This document shows positions 44,484 through 55,008 of a stretch of 64,000 nt of DNA, one piece after another. Within the stretch, counting starts at the first letter, position 1, and each line of letters begins with the position of its first letter. The translations under genes and the position numbers were made by a program. The stretch is from Bacteroidota bacterium. Lineage in GTDB: Bacteria > Bacteroidota > Bacteroidia > Flavobacteriales > Flavobacteriaceae. Location: positions 5,108 to 69,107 of the forward strand of contig JAKQHT010000009.1 of assembly GCA_029557895.1 (NCBI GenBank), given 5' to 3'. A model generated the notes under the pieces. The model was not told the origin of the DNA. It saw only the letters and a program-made list of their open reading frames with translations, and ran no database searches.

Positions 44484-47039
44484 ATGGAAACATTGGTTGA
44501 ACAAAAAAGAGAGGTTTTTTCAAACGAAGAAGTTTTTGAAAAATCCTTAAAATACTTCAAAGGAGATGATTTGGCAGCTCGCGTTTGGCTAAACAAGTAT
44601 GCTCTTAAAGATTCGCAAGGGAATGTTTACGAAAAATCCCCAGAGGATATGCACAGAAGAATTGCTTCGGAGATTGCAAGAGTCGAATCGAAATACAAAA
44701 ATCCGATGTCGGAAGACGAAATTTTTGATTTGATTAAAAACTTTACGTATATCATTCCTCAAGGAAGTCCGATGACGGGAATCGGAAATCCGTTTCAGAT
44801 TGCATCGTTATCGAATTGTTTCGTAATCGGAAACAAAGGCGAAAGCGATTCGTACGGAGGAATTATGAAAACCGACCAAGAACAAGTGCAATTAATGAAA
44901 CGTAGAGGTGGAGTAGGACACGATTTGTCACACATTCGTCCGAAAAGTTCACCTGTCAAAAACTCGGCTTTGACTTCAACCGGATTGGTTCCGTTTATGG
45001 AGCGTTTTTCCAATTCCACTCGTGAGGTGGCTCAAGACGGACGTAGAGGAGCTTTGATGTTGTCGGTTTCTATCAACCATCCTGATGCAGAGGATTTTAT
45101 CGATGCAAAATTAGAACAAGGAAAAATTACGGGAGCAAACGTATCCGTTCGTATTGACGATTCGTTTATGCAAGCAGTCAAAAACAATCAGACATATACA
45201 CAAAAATATCCGATTTTTAGCCAAAATCCGAAGTTTACCAAAGATACCAATGCCAACGAACTTTGGCAAAAAATCGTTCACAATGCGTGGAAATCAGCAG
45301 AGCCGGGAATTCTGTTTTGGGATACGATTATCAGGGAGTCGTTGCCTGATTGCTATGCCGATTTAGGATACAAAACGCTTTCGACCAATCCTTGTGGGGA
45401 AATTCCTTTATGTGCTTATGATTCCTGTCGTTTGTTGGCAATCAATTTGTTTTCGTATGTGGTAAATCCGTTTACCAAAGAGGCTTATTTTGATTTTGAA
45501 TTGTTCAAAAAACACGTTGCTTATGCTCAACGAATGATGGACGACATTATTGATTTAGAATTGGAAAAAGTTGATGCGATTATCGCAAAAATCGATTCCG
45601 ACCCTGAAGACCCTGAAACCAAAAGAGTAGAACGAAATCTTTGGCTCGAAATCAGAAAAAAAGCCGAAGAAGGACGTAGAACCGGAGTGGGAATCACAGC
45701 CGAAGGCGATATGCTGGCTGCTCTGGGAATCCGTTACGGAAGCGAACAAGGAAATGATTTTTCGGTAAAAGTCCATAAAACATTGGCTTTGTCGGCTTAT
45801 CGTGCGTCTGTTGAAATGGCAAAAGAAAGAGGTGCTTTCGGAATTTACGATGCTAAACGTGAAGAAAAAAATCCGTTTTTGTTGCGAATCAAAGAGGCAG
45901 ACCCTGCTCTTTACAACGATATGCAGGAATACGGACGAAGAAATATTGCTTTGCTCACAATTGCTCCGACCGGAAGCACTTCGCTTATGAGCCAAACAAC
46001 TTCAGGAATCGAGCCGGTTTTTATGCCTGTTTACAAACGAAGAAGAAAAGTAAACCCGAATGACAAAGGAGTTCGCGTTGATTTCGTTGATGAAGTGGGG
46101 GATTCTTGGGAAGAATATGTAGTATTCCATCATAAATTCAAACAATGGATGGAAGTAAACGGAATGGACACGACCAAAAATTATTCACAAGATGAAATCA
46201 ATAAACTGATAGAGAAATCTCCTTATTACAAAGCGACTTCAAACGATGTAGATTGGTTGAGCAAAGTAAAAATGCAGGGAGCTATCCAGAAGTGGGTTGA
46301 CCACTCCATTTCGGTTACGATCAATATTCCGAATGAAGCAACCGAAGAATTGGTTGACAAATTATATATGACTGCTTGGGAAGAAGGTTGTAAAGGAGTT
46401 ACGGTGTATCGTGACGGGTCTCGTTCGGGAGTTTTGATTTCGGCAGAAGAAAAGAAAGAACCCAAAGATATTGATGTGGATTATAAATTGGTTTTCCCAA
46501 CCAAACGTCCGCAAGTTTTGGAAGCCGATGTGGTTCGTTTTCAAAACAACAAAGAAAAATGGATTGCTTTTATCGGGAAAATCGAAGACAAACCGTATGA
46601 AATCTTTACCGGTTTGGCTGATGACGAAGACGGAATCCTACTCCCTCGCTGGGTAGAAGATGGATTTATCATCAAAAACAAAGACGAAAAAGGCAACACC
46701 AGATACGACTTTCAGTATGCCAACCAAAGAGGCTACAAAACTACTATTGAGGGACTTTCGTACCGCTTTAATCCTGAATTTTGGAACTATGCCAAAATGA
46801 TTTCGGGAACATTACGTCACGGAATGGAAATCGAAAATGTAGTAGAACTCATTAACGGATTGCAACTTGATAACGAGTCTATCAATACTTGGAAAAACGG
46901 AGTAGCACGAGCTTTGAAACGCTACGTTCCAGACGGAACACAAGCCAAAGGAAAATGCTCGAACTGTGATTCTACCAACCTGATGTATCAGGAAGGATGC
47001 TTGACCTGTAAAGATTGTGGGTCTTCTAAATGTGGATAA
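44484..47039 (+). CDS. nrdJ: Class II (adenosylcobalamin-dependent) ribonucleotide reductase
   Basis: SLSNCFV, RRGALM, TNPCGEIPL, TIAPTGS, C-terminal TSCPD-like region and Cys-rich CSNC...CLTCKDCGSSKCG; no adjacent nrdB. Confidence 0.92.
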   Translation: METLVEQKREVFSNEEVFEKSLKYFKGDDLAARVWLNKYALKDSQGNVYEKSPEDMHRRIASEIARVESKYKNPMSEDEIFDLIKNFTYIIPQGSPMTGIGNPFQIASLSNCFVIGNKGESDSYGGIMKTDQEQVQLMKRRGGVGHDLSHIRPKSSPVKNSALTSTGLVPFMERFSNSTREVAQDGRRGALMLSVSINHPDAEDFIDAKLEQGKITGANVSVRIDDSFMQAVKNNQTYTQKYPIFSQNPKFTKDTNANELWQKIVHNAWKSAEPGILFWDTIIRESLPDCYADLGYKTLSTNPCGEIPLCAYDSCRLLAINLFSYVVNPFTKEAYFDFELFKKHVAYAQRMMDDIIDLELEKVDAIIAKIDSDPEDPETKRVERNLWLEIRKKAEEGRRTGVGITAEGDMLAALGIRYGSEQGNDFSVKVHKTLALSAYRASVEMAKERGAFGIYDAKREEKNPFLLRIKEADPALYNDMQEYGRRNIALLTIAPTGSTSLMSQTTSGIEPVFMPVYKRRRKVNPNDKGVRVDFVDEVGDSWEEYVVFHHKFKQWMEVNGMDTTKNYSQDEINKLIEKSPYYKATSNDVDWLSKVKMQGAIQKWVDHSISVTINIPNEATEELVDKLYMTAWEEGCKGVTVYRDGSRSGVLISAEEKKEPKDIDVDYKLVFPTKRPQVLEADVVRFQNNKEKWIAFIGKIEDKPYEIFTGLADDEDGILLPRWVEDGFIIKNKDEKGNTRYDFQYANQRGYKTTIEGLSYRFNPEFWNYAKMISGTLRHGMEIENVVELINGLQLDNESINTWKNGVARALKRYVPDGTQAKGKCSNCDSTNLMYQEGCLTCKDCGSSKCG

Positions 47040-47059
47040 TTAACCATTTATGCTTGAAG

Positions 47060-47092
47060 AAAATCCTGTTGTCAAAGCAACAGGATTTTTTT
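47060..47092 (+). terminator. Intrinsic terminator after nrdJ
   Basis: AAAATCCTGTTG-TCAAAG-CAACAGGATTTTTTT. Confidence 0.88.
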
Positions 47093-47333
47093 GTCTTTTA
47101 TGTGATAAAGACTAAAAAGCTATGGATGGTGTCGCAGAAAAAAACGTGCAAAGCAAGAAAAAATTCTTGATGGTGGAGTTGTCACTGATCATAAAAAGCC
47201 ACATTGTAACAAAGAAGCAAAAAAAGGCAGCACGTTCGGGCTTGTCTTGTTAAAACATTTTGATTCTATGGCTGTTATCGATTTTCCAACATTTTTTTTG
47301 TATCTTTAGGGAGAATTTTTTCGATTGCTATTT

Positions 47334-49079
47334 ATGAAAAATATTTATGCCTTCTTTCTTGTAGCCTTTACGCTTTTAGCTTGCAAAAATGAAAAGGCTT
47401 CTCAATCGTTAGCCAATGCTCTTGATGCTGAATTTGAGGTATATGCGCAGTATTTCATTGACGATTTATGGAAACATAATCCCGAATGGGCAACCTATGT
47501 GGGATTTCACGCTTACGATTCTGTCCTGACAATACCCGATAGCGCAAGTTTGCAAAAATCGTTGGAGTTTGTTGCCGCTCATTTGGATTCCCTGGCCAAA
47601 TATGACATTACAAAACTCAAACCGTCCAATCAAATAGATTACGAACTGATAAAAAACAACTTGGAAAGCACCCAATGGTCAAACACTACATTGAAACCCC
47701 ATGAATGGAACCCGTCAATTTACAACATTTCTGGATTGATCGCTTTTATGCTCAATGAAACCTATGAGCCAATAGAAACACGGCTCAAAGACATACAAAA
47801 AAGACTACAACACGCATCTCACTATTATAAAGTTGCTGCAGGCAACCTAAAAAACCCGGTTCCCGAGTTGGTAAATCTCGCTATTCAACAAAATGAAGGT
47901 GGGCAATATGTGTTTGAAACCACCCTGAAAGATTCTGTCAATCAGTCAAATTTGACCGAATCTGAAAAAACACTAATGTTGGCACAGGCAGATACAGCAT
48001 TGGCTTCCGTAAAAGGGTTTGTATCACATTTAAAAGCCATACTACCAGAAAGTTCGGCAAGTTTCAGGTTGGGAAAAGAACTATATGAAGCTGCTTTTAA
48101 ATACTCCATACAGTCAAGATTTTCTGCTGAAGAACTTTACAATCAAGCACTTAACAGAAAAATCTATCTACATCAAGAAATGGCGGAAGTAAGTGCAGAA
48201 CTGTGGCCAAAATATTATCCTTATGAACCAAAACCGAAAAACAACCTGGATTTAATTGCCAGAGTCATCTCAAAAGTATCCGAAAACCACGTAAAGCCTG
48301 AAGAATTTCAAAGTGCCATTGAAGCACAAATCCCAGAGCTTGTCGCATTTGTTAAAGAAAAAAACCTGCTCTACATTGACCCGTCAAAACCCTTGGTAGT
48401 TCGAAAAGAACCTGCGTATATGGCAGGGGTTGCCGGAGCATCTGTAAGCGCACCGGGACCTTATGACAAAGAAGCCAAAACCTATTATAATGTGGGAAGC
48501 CTTGAAGGATGGCCTGCAGAAAAAGCCGAAAGCTATTTGAGAGAGTACAATCACTACATACTTCAAATCCTGAATATTCACGAGGCTATCCCGGGCCATT
48601 ATACGCAGTTGGTATATGCCAACCAATCGCCAAGTTTGGTAAAATCCATTTTGGCAAACGGAGCAATGATAGAAGGGTGGGCGGTATACACAGAGAAAAT
48701 GATGCTTAATAGCGGTTATGGAAACAACACACCCGAAATGTGGCTCATGTGGTACAAATGGAATTTGCGAACCGTTTGCAACACCATCTTGGATTACGGC
48801 GTTCACGTCAACAATATGTCAAAAGACGAAGCCATACACTTATTGACCAAAGAAGCCTTTCAGGAAATTGCAGAAGCAGAAGGCAAATGGAACCGCGTGA
48901 ATGTTACCAGTGTACAACTTACCAGTTATTTCGCCGGATTTGTTGAAATCGTGGCATTAAAAGAAAATTTGAAAGAAATTCAGGGCTCCGATTTCGATCT
49001 TAAGGCTTTTCACGAACAATTTTTAAGTTATGGCAATGCACCGGTAAAAGCCATAAGTAGGCTGATGCTTGCCAAATAA
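47334..49079 (+). CDS. DUF885 family lipoprotein (putative metallopeptidase)
   Basis: Lipobox LLAC; HEAIPGHY.Q, EGWAVYTE, QLTSYFAG and FDLKAFHEQFLSYG. Confidence 0.9.
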   Translation: MKNIYAFFLVAFTLLACKNEKASQSLANALDAEFEVYAQYFIDDLWKHNPEWATYVGFHAYDSVLTIPDSASLQKSLEFVAAHLDSLAKYDITKLKPSNQIDYELIKNNLESTQWSNTTLKPHEWNPSIYNISGLIAFMLNETYEPIETRLKDIQKRLQHASHYYKVAAGNLKNPVPELVNLAIQQNEGGQYVFETTLKDSVNQSNLTESEKTLMLAQADTALASVKGFVSHLKAILPESSASFRLGKELYEAAFKYSIQSRFSAEELYNQALNRKIYLHQEMAEVSAELWPKYYPYEPKPKNNLDLIARVISKVSENHVKPEEFQSAIEAQIPELVAFVKEKNLLYIDPSKPLVVRKEPAYMAGVAGASVSAPGPYDKEAKTYYNVGSLEGWPAEKAESYLREYNHYILQILNIHEAIPGHYTQLVYANQSPSLVKSILANGAMIEGWAVYTEKMMLNSGYGNNTPEMWLMWYKWNLRTVCNTILDYGVHVNNMSKDEAIHLLTKEAFQEIAEAEGKWNRVNVTSVQLTSYFAGFVEIVALKENLKEIQGSDFDLKAFHEQFLSYGNAPVKAISRLMLAK

Positions 49080-49299
49080 TAGCGACCAACGGCAGGCTGT
49101 TCCAAAAAATTGAAACATACCATGCCAATTTCTTTTTCCAAATTTATAATTTGATTGTCAATTGTTTGTGAAACCATGAAACAACCATGATGTGGCAACG
49201 CCAAAATTTCGAAACGCTACATTCGCTATTCGGCAACTAACTTTTTTAAAACTCACAAATAATCGTATTTTTACAGTCTCAAATAAGTAAATGAACTCA

Positions 49300-50067
49300 A
49301 TGGGCAAAATCATTGCAATTGCCAACCAAAAAGGCGGCGTGGGCAAGACAACCACCTCGGTAAATTTAGCCGCATCCCTTGGTGTCCTCGAAAAAAAAGT
49401 GCTCCTTATTGATGCCGACCCACAGGCCAACGCCACATCCGGACTTGGAGTGGATGTCGAAAGCGTGGAGGTAGGTTCCTATCAATTGATAGAACATTCG
49501 GTATCGGCAGAAGCCTGCATCGTGGGAACCAATGCGCCAAACGTGGATATCATACCGGCACATATCGATTTGGTGGCTATAGAAATAGAATTGGTAGATA
49601 AGGAAGAGCGAGAGTACATGCTCAAAAAAGCCATAAGCCATTTGAAAACATCTTATGACTACATCCTTATCGATTGTGCTCCGTCATTGGGATTGCTGAC
49701 ACTCAATGCATTAACAGCAGCGGATTCGGTCATCATCCCCATACAATGTGAATATTTTGCACTCGAAGGTTTGGGTAAACTCCTCAACACCATTAAAAGC
49801 GTACAGCGTATCCACAACCAGAACCTTGACATTGAGGGAATGTTGCTTACCATGTACGATTCGCGTTTGAGGCTCTCAAACCAAGTGGTTGAAGAAGTGC
49901 AAAAACATTTCAGCGATATGGTATTCCAGACGATCATACAACGCAATGTGCGTTTGAGCGAAGCGCCCAGCTATGGTGAGAGCATCATCAATTATGACGT
50001 CAGCAGTAAAGGTGCATCCAATTATTTGAATCTGGCAAAAGAAATCATCAAAAATCAGGAAAAGTAA
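49300..50067 (+). CDS. parA: Chromosome partitioning ATPase ParA/Soj
   Basis: NQKGGVGKTT, DADPQANATSG, IDCAPSL and QCEYFALEG. Confidence 0.97.
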   Translation: MGKIIAIANQKGGVGKTTTSVNLAASLGVLEKKVLLIDADPQANATSGLGVDVESVEVGSYQLIEHSVSAEACIVGTNAPNVDIIPAHIDLVAIEIELVDKEEREYMLKKAISHLKTSYDYILIDCAPSLGLLTLNALTAADSVIIPIQCEYFALEGLGKLLNTIKSVQRIHNQNLDIEGMLLTMYDSRLRLSNQVVEEVQKHFSDMVFQTIIQRNVRLSEAPSYGESIINYDVSSKGASNYLNLAKEIIKNQEK

Positions 50068-50975
50068 TGGCGAAGGCAACACAGAAACAAGTGCTTGGCA
50101 GAGGGCTTTCGGCACTTTTGAAAGACCCTGCAAACGACATCAAATCCGTTCAGGACAAAAATGCAGACAAGGTTATCGGCAACATTGTGGAGCTTGAGTT
50201 GGACACTATCGAAATAAACCCGTTCCAGCCACGTACGAGTTTCAACGAGGAAGCATTGCGCGAACTTGCAACGTCAATTAAACAACTTGGGGTTATCCAA
50301 CCCATTACTGTCAGAAAATTGGAGTTCGGAAGATACCAGTTGGTCTCTGGAGAGCGCCGTTTGAGAGCCGCAAGGATTGCCGCACTGGAAACCATTCCAG
50401 CTTATATCCGTATAGCCAATGACCAAGAGTCGCTCGAAATGGCCTTGGTAGAAAACATCCAACGGCAAGACCTTGACCCAATAGAGATTGCATTGTCATA
50501 CCAGCGCCTAATTGATGAAATAAAGCTTACACAGGAGCAGATGAGCGAGCGTGTGGGAAAAAAACGTTCCACCATTTCCAATTATTTGCGCCTGTTGAAA
50601 CTAGATCCCATCATCCAGACCGGCATGCGCGACGGTTTTATCACTATGGGACACGGACGTGCCATCATTAATATTGACGATCAGCAAAAACAGCTCGATA
50701 TTTACGAAAAAATCATCAGTGAGCAATTGTCCGTGAGAGATACAGAACTGTTGGTCAAGAACTTTCACGATACAAAAACGATTGCGGTATCCAAAAAAGA
50801 CACACCAGAGGAACTTCCCAAATTTATAAAAAAAGGCGTCAAGGAGTTTTCAGAATACTTTGGCCACAAGATCAGCGTTAAGGTCGGTAAGGGAGGAAAG
50901 GGCACCATAACCATCCCTTTTCATTCCGAAGAAGATTTTAACCGTATCAAAAAACTTGTACAGAGTGCCAAATAG
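50067..50975 (+). CDS. parB: Chromosome partitioning protein ParB/Spo0J
   Basis: LGRGLSALL, NPFQPR, GERRLRA and ENIQRQDL.PIE. Confidence 0.97.
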   Translation: MAKATQKQVLGRGLSALLKDPANDIKSVQDKNADKVIGNIVELELDTIEINPFQPRTSFNEEALRELATSIKQLGVIQPITVRKLEFGRYQLVSGERRLRAARIAALETIPAYIRIANDQESLEMALVENIQRQDLDPIEIALSYQRLIDEIKLTQEQMSERVGKKRSTISNYLRLLKLDPIIQTGMRDGFITMGHGRAIINIDDQQKQLDIYEKIISEQLSVRDTELLVKNFHDTKTIAVSKKDTPEELPKFIKKGVKEFSEYFGHKISVKVGKGGKGTITIPFHSEEDFNRIKKLVQSAK

Positions 50976-51570
50976 GTTTTGCCATAGTATCTTTTTTTGC
51001 CTGTTGGGCTTTTTTTCTTTCTCACAGGTAGAAACCGATAGTGTGAAGGTTGCCGACGAACTTCCCAAAGAACTCGTCGTGGTAGATTCTTTGACCAGAA
51101 AGGCCATCGACCCGCTCGCGCCTTCAAGAGCGGCATTTTACTCGGCCATTCTTCCCGGTCTGGGCCAGGCATATAACAAAAAATATTGGAAAATACCTAT
51201 TGCTATTGGAGGTATAGCTACTGGCATTTATTTCTATCAGCACAACGACAAGCAGTACAACCGATACCGTGACGCATACAAGCGACGGCTTGCAGGCTAT
51301 ACCGATGATGAGTTTTATGGCTCGGTATCAGGATCGCCAAGGGTTACACTCGAAGGACTGAAAAGAGCGCAAAAAACACTCAAGCAAAACAAAGAGATTT
51401 CTCTCCTCATCACTTTCGGCATTTATGCCCTGAACATCATCGATGCCAATGTAGACGCTCATTTACTACAATACAATGTGGACCATAATCTTGCACTAAA
51501 ACCACATTTTCAATATAACGAACAAGAAAATGCCACGGATTTTGGGCTTACCTTGAATTTTAAATTTTAA
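50965..51570 (+). CDS. DUF5683 domain protein
   Basis: P.RAAFYSAILPGLGQAYNKKYWKIP and NIIDANVDAHL. Confidence 0.85.
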   Translation: MPNRFCHSIFFCLLGFFSFSQVETDSVKVADELPKELVVVDSLTRKAIDPLAPSRAAFYSAILPGLGQAYNKKYWKIPIAIGGIATGIYFYQHNDKQYNRYRDAYKRRLAGYTDDEFYGSVSGSPRVTLEGLKRAQKTLKQNKEISLLITFGIYALNIIDANVDAHLLQYNVDHNLALKPHFQYNEQENATDFGLTLNFKF

Positions 51571-51573
51571 AAG

Positions 51574-52275
51574 ATGAATATTGCACTTTTGGGATATGGA
51601 AAAATGGGAAAGGCAATCGAAAGCATTGCAGAAAGCCGAGGTCATACCATTGTTTTGAAAATCAATGAAAAGGACAGTGATTATAGCTTCCATAACGTGG
51701 ATGTCGCCATTGATTTTAGTATTCCGAATGCCGCGGTTGGCAACATTACAAAATGCTTGGAAAACAACGTGCCCATAATTTCCGGCACAACAGGCTGGCT
51801 CAATAAGTATGATGATATGGTTGCGCTCTGCAAAGCAAAAAACGGTACTTTTCTTTACGCTTCCAATTTCAGTCTTGGGGTCAATATTTTCTTTGAGCTC
51901 AACAGGCAATTAGCTCGAATGATGAAAGATTTTCCCCAATACGGTGTTTCCATTGAAGAAATACACCATACCCAAAAACTGGATGCCCCGAGCGGTACGG
52001 CCATTTCGCTCGCTAATCAGATTATTGAACAATCGGATTATGTAACTTGGCAGTTGGGACAAACTACCGAAAAAGACCAAATCGGGATTACCGCAAAACG
52101 TATTGAAAATGTGCCGGGCACTCACGAAATCACCTATGCGTCCAATGTGGACAACATCCAGATAAAGCACACGGCGCACAGCCGGGAAGGTTTTGCACTT
52201 GGGGCCGTTGTTGCAGCAGAATGGATAGTGGGCAAAAAAGGTGTCTTTACCATGAAAGATGTCCTACAATTCTGA
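51574..52275 (+). CDS. dapB: 4-hydroxy-tetrahydrodipicolinate reductase
   Basis: GYGKMG, SGTTG, ASNFSLGVN and EIHHTQKLDAPSGTA. Confidence 0.97.
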   Translation: MNIALLGYGKMGKAIESIAESRGHTIVLKINEKDSDYSFHNVDVAIDFSIPNAAVGNITKCLENNVPIISGTTGWLNKYDDMVALCKAKNGTFLYASNFSLGVNIFFELNRQLARMMKDFPQYGVSIEEIHHTQKLDAPSGTAISLANQIIEQSDYVTWQLGQTTEKDQIGITAKRIENVPGTHEITYASNVDNIQIKHTAHSREGFALGAVVAAEWIVGKKGVFTMKDVLQF

Positions 52276-52426
52276 AATTTAAGTTGTCCAATGTTAAAAA
52301 TTGAAAAACTTGGACAACAAAATAACCCAAACAGATTATATTTGAAATTCTTTAACACAGACCAACCGATTCGTATATTTAACTTTGAAAATAAGTAGAG
52401 CGATCAGGTCATAAAAAACTGAATTA

Positions 52427-54004
52427 ATGACACCTACACAATGGTTTATCTTCTTTTTGGTCGTTCAGGCCATACATGGCATTGGCACTTGGAAACTTTA
52501 CAAAATAGCTGGCCGCCAAGTTTGGGAAGCGTTTGTGCCCATATATAATGCGGTCATTTTGATGAAAATCATCAACCGGCCATGGTGGTGGACCATCCTG
52601 CTGTTCATCCCAATTGTAAACCTAATGATGTTTCCGGTGGTTTGGGTAGAAACGGCGAGAAGCTTTGGCAAAAATTCCGGTATCGATACACTTTTAGCAG
52701 TGGCCACACTGGGTCTTTATCTTTACTACATCAACTATTTTACGGATAATAAGCATATTAAAGACCGTAGCTTGCACCCAAAATCAGTTTCGGGAGATTG
52801 GGTAAGTTCTATCTTGTTTGCCATAGTTGCCGCAACCATAGTTCATACCTATTTTATTCAACCGTTTACCATTCCCACGTCGTCGTTGGAAAAATCTCTT
52901 TTGGTAGGCGATTTTCTTTTTGTTAGCAAAATCCATTACGGGCCAAGAGTCCCTATGACCACCGTAGCGGCACCCATGGTGCACGATACCATTCCGGTAT
53001 TAAAGACCAAATCATACCTTTTTGATGACCATAAAGGCAGTAACTCATGGAAAAACAAATTGCAATTCCCTTACATGCGAATTCCAGGGTTTGAAAAAAT
53101 TGAACGCAATGACATCGTGGTTTTTAATCAGCCAGCAGATACTTTGTTGGATATGAACGATTTTCATCCCGACCGCAATTATTACAAACCTATCGATAAA
53201 AAAACCAATTTGGTAAAACGCTGCGTGGGCATTCCTGGCGATGAACTTGAAATAAAAGAGGGCCACGTATATATCAACGGTAAACAAAACCAATTGCCGG
53301 ACAGGGCCAAGCTGCAGTTTTCCTATAATATCCAATTCAAAAAAGGAAGCTTCAACTCCGAAAGCCAAGTATATGAAACCCTTAAAAGATATGACATCAC
53401 CGATGGTATCGGATATGACCCAAATACTGGGACAACCTTTGTGCAAGCTACAGAGGAAGCGGCAAACAAGATTAAAAACCACCCGGGTATTGAAAGCATA
53501 ACACTGAAAAAACAAGAACAAGGACATAGGGAAGCCTCCATATTTCCACACGACCCGGCTTTTAGTTGGAATACAGATTTTTTTGGCCCTATTACCATTC
53601 CCCAAAAGGGGAAAACCATTGACCTTACCCTTGATAACTTACCACTTTACAAACGATTGATTTCTGAATATGAAGGTCATACCCTTGTCGTAAAGGGCAA
53701 TCAGATTGTTGTGGATGGTAAACCCACATCGCGCTATACCTTTGAACAGGACTATTATTGGATGATGGGCGACAACCGTAACAACTCCATTGACTCTCGG
53801 TTTTGGGGTTTTGTGCCCTTTGACCACGTAGTCGGAAAACCAGTATTTATCTGGATGAGCTGGGATGGCAAAAAACCACGTTGGGAACGGTTTTTCACTA
53901 CCGTTGGCGGTAGTGGCAAGCCTGTATCGTACCTGATACCGACCATTATTGTGGCCGCATTGTTCTTTGGATGGAACACTTGGCGGAAAAAGCACAAAGC
54001 GTAA
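52427..54004 (+). CDS. lepB: Signal peptidase I (with N-terminal DUF5684-type membrane region)
   Basis: IPTSSLE (Ser), VKRCVG (Lys) and MGDNRNNSIDSRFWGFVP. Confidence 0.95.
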   Translation: MTPTQWFIFFLVVQAIHGIGTWKLYKIAGRQVWEAFVPIYNAVILMKIINRPWWWTILLFIPIVNLMMFPVVWVETARSFGKNSGIDTLLAVATLGLYLYYINYFTDNKHIKDRSLHPKSVSGDWVSSILFAIVAATIVHTYFIQPFTIPTSSLEKSLLVGDFLFVSKIHYGPRVPMTTVAAPMVHDTIPVLKTKSYLFDDHKGSNSWKNKLQFPYMRIPGFEKIERNDIVVFNQPADTLLDMNDFHPDRNYYKPIDKKTNLVKRCVGIPGDELEIKEGHVYINGKQNQLPDRAKLQFSYNIQFKKGSFNSESQVYETLKRYDITDGIGYDPNTGTTFVQATEEAANKIKNHPGIESITLKKQEQGHREASIFPHDPAFSWNTDFFGPITIPQKGKTIDLTLDNLPLYKRLISEYEGHTLVVKGNQIVVDGKPTSRYTFEQDYYWMMGDNRNNSIDSRFWGFVPFDHVVGKPVFIWMSWDGKKPRWERFFTTVGGSGKPVSYLIPTIIVAALFFGWNTWRKKHKA

Positions 54005-54070
54005 ATGATCAAATAAAAATCCAAAACCCAAAGTTTCAAATTTGGAACTTGGGATTTTTGTTACTTTCTG

Positions 54071-54691
54071 ATGAATATTCTGCTACATCCCACATACTTC
54101 CCAAGTATTGCCACTTTTGTTGCCATTGCCAATGCAAGGTCCGTGACATATGAGGTATGTGGTAATTATCAAAAGCAAACCTATAGAAACAGGATGTACA
54201 TCTATGGCACCAATGGCAAGTTGCATTTGGCAGTACCCGTCATTTACACCCAAAAAAATCGTCAACTCTATAAGGATGTTTTGATATACAATGATGAGAA
54301 CTGGCAAGATGCTCACTGGAAATCCATCCGCGCAGCGTATAGCAATTCGCCTTTTTTTGAGTTTTACGAAGACGACCTTGTGCCTGTTTTTAGAACAAAA
54401 TTCAAATATCTTTTAGATTTGAACTTTAGGTGTCTCGAAATCCTTTATGACTGCCTGGAGCTTTTACCAAATTTTGAAACTACCAAAGTCTATCAAAACG
54501 ATACAGGTACAATGACCGACATGCGGATACTTGCCGACGACAGAAAAGAAAAAGCACACGATTTTGCCCCTTACGTACAGGTTTTTGACCATAGGCACGG
54601 GTTTGTCCCGAACTTGAGCATTTTGGACCTGATCTGCAATGAAGGCCCAAACGCCATGCTCTATCTGGAATCACAAACAATCATTGCATGA
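54071..54691 (+). CDS. WbqC family protein
   Basis: KQTYRNR, AY..SPFFE.Y and NLSILDL..NEGP. Confidence 0.88.
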   Translation: MNILLHPTYFPSIATFVAIANARSVTYEVCGNYQKQTYRNRMYIYGTNGKLHLAVPVIYTQKNRQLYKDVLIYNDENWQDAHWKSIRAAYSNSPFFEFYEDDLVPVFRTKFKYLLDLNFRCLEILYDCLELLPNFETTKVYQNDTGTMTDMRILADDRKEKAHDFAPYVQVFDHRHGFVPNLSILDLICNEGPNAMLYLESQTIIA

Positions 54692-55008
54692 TGTGGCAAA
54701 CGTTGATACATTACGGAATTCACATTTTTCTCCCTTTGGCTGTGGCTTTTGCATGGTACAGGAACAATTGGAAATTTGCCTATCTTATCATGATCTCGTG
54801 CATGGCCATAGATGCAGACCATCTGTTGGCAACACCTGTTTTTGAAGCGAATAGATGTAGTATAAACTTTCATCCGTTACATTCCTATTATGCAATTTCG
54901 GTCTATTTGCTTTTGTTGGTTTACCAAAAGACACGGATATTAGGGTTTGGGCTCATGGCACATATCATAGCCGATACCGTGGATTGCTGGATGATGACCA
55001 ATAGTTAA
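54688..55008 (+). CDS. DUF6122 family membrane protein
   Basis: HYGIH, IDADHLLA.PVF...RCSINFHPLH and H...D motifs. Confidence 0.82.
   Translation: MMWQTLIHYGIHIFLPLAVAFAWYRNNWKFAYLIMISCMAIDADHLLATPVFEANRCSINFHPLHSYYAISVYLLLLVYQKTRILGFGLMAHIIADTVDCWMMTNS

Noticed and set aside
47031-47039. Perfect DnaA box (TGTGGATAA), with another TTATCCACA at 42286-42294, near parAB: possible oriC
   Set aside because: Both are isolated and inside coding sequence (one is the Cys-Gly-stop of nrdJ). There is no intergenic cluster of boxes.
49080-49299. Possible parS site upstream of parA
   Set aside because: Only a partial TGAAACA half-site is present, with no TGTTTCACGTGAAACA-like palindrome.
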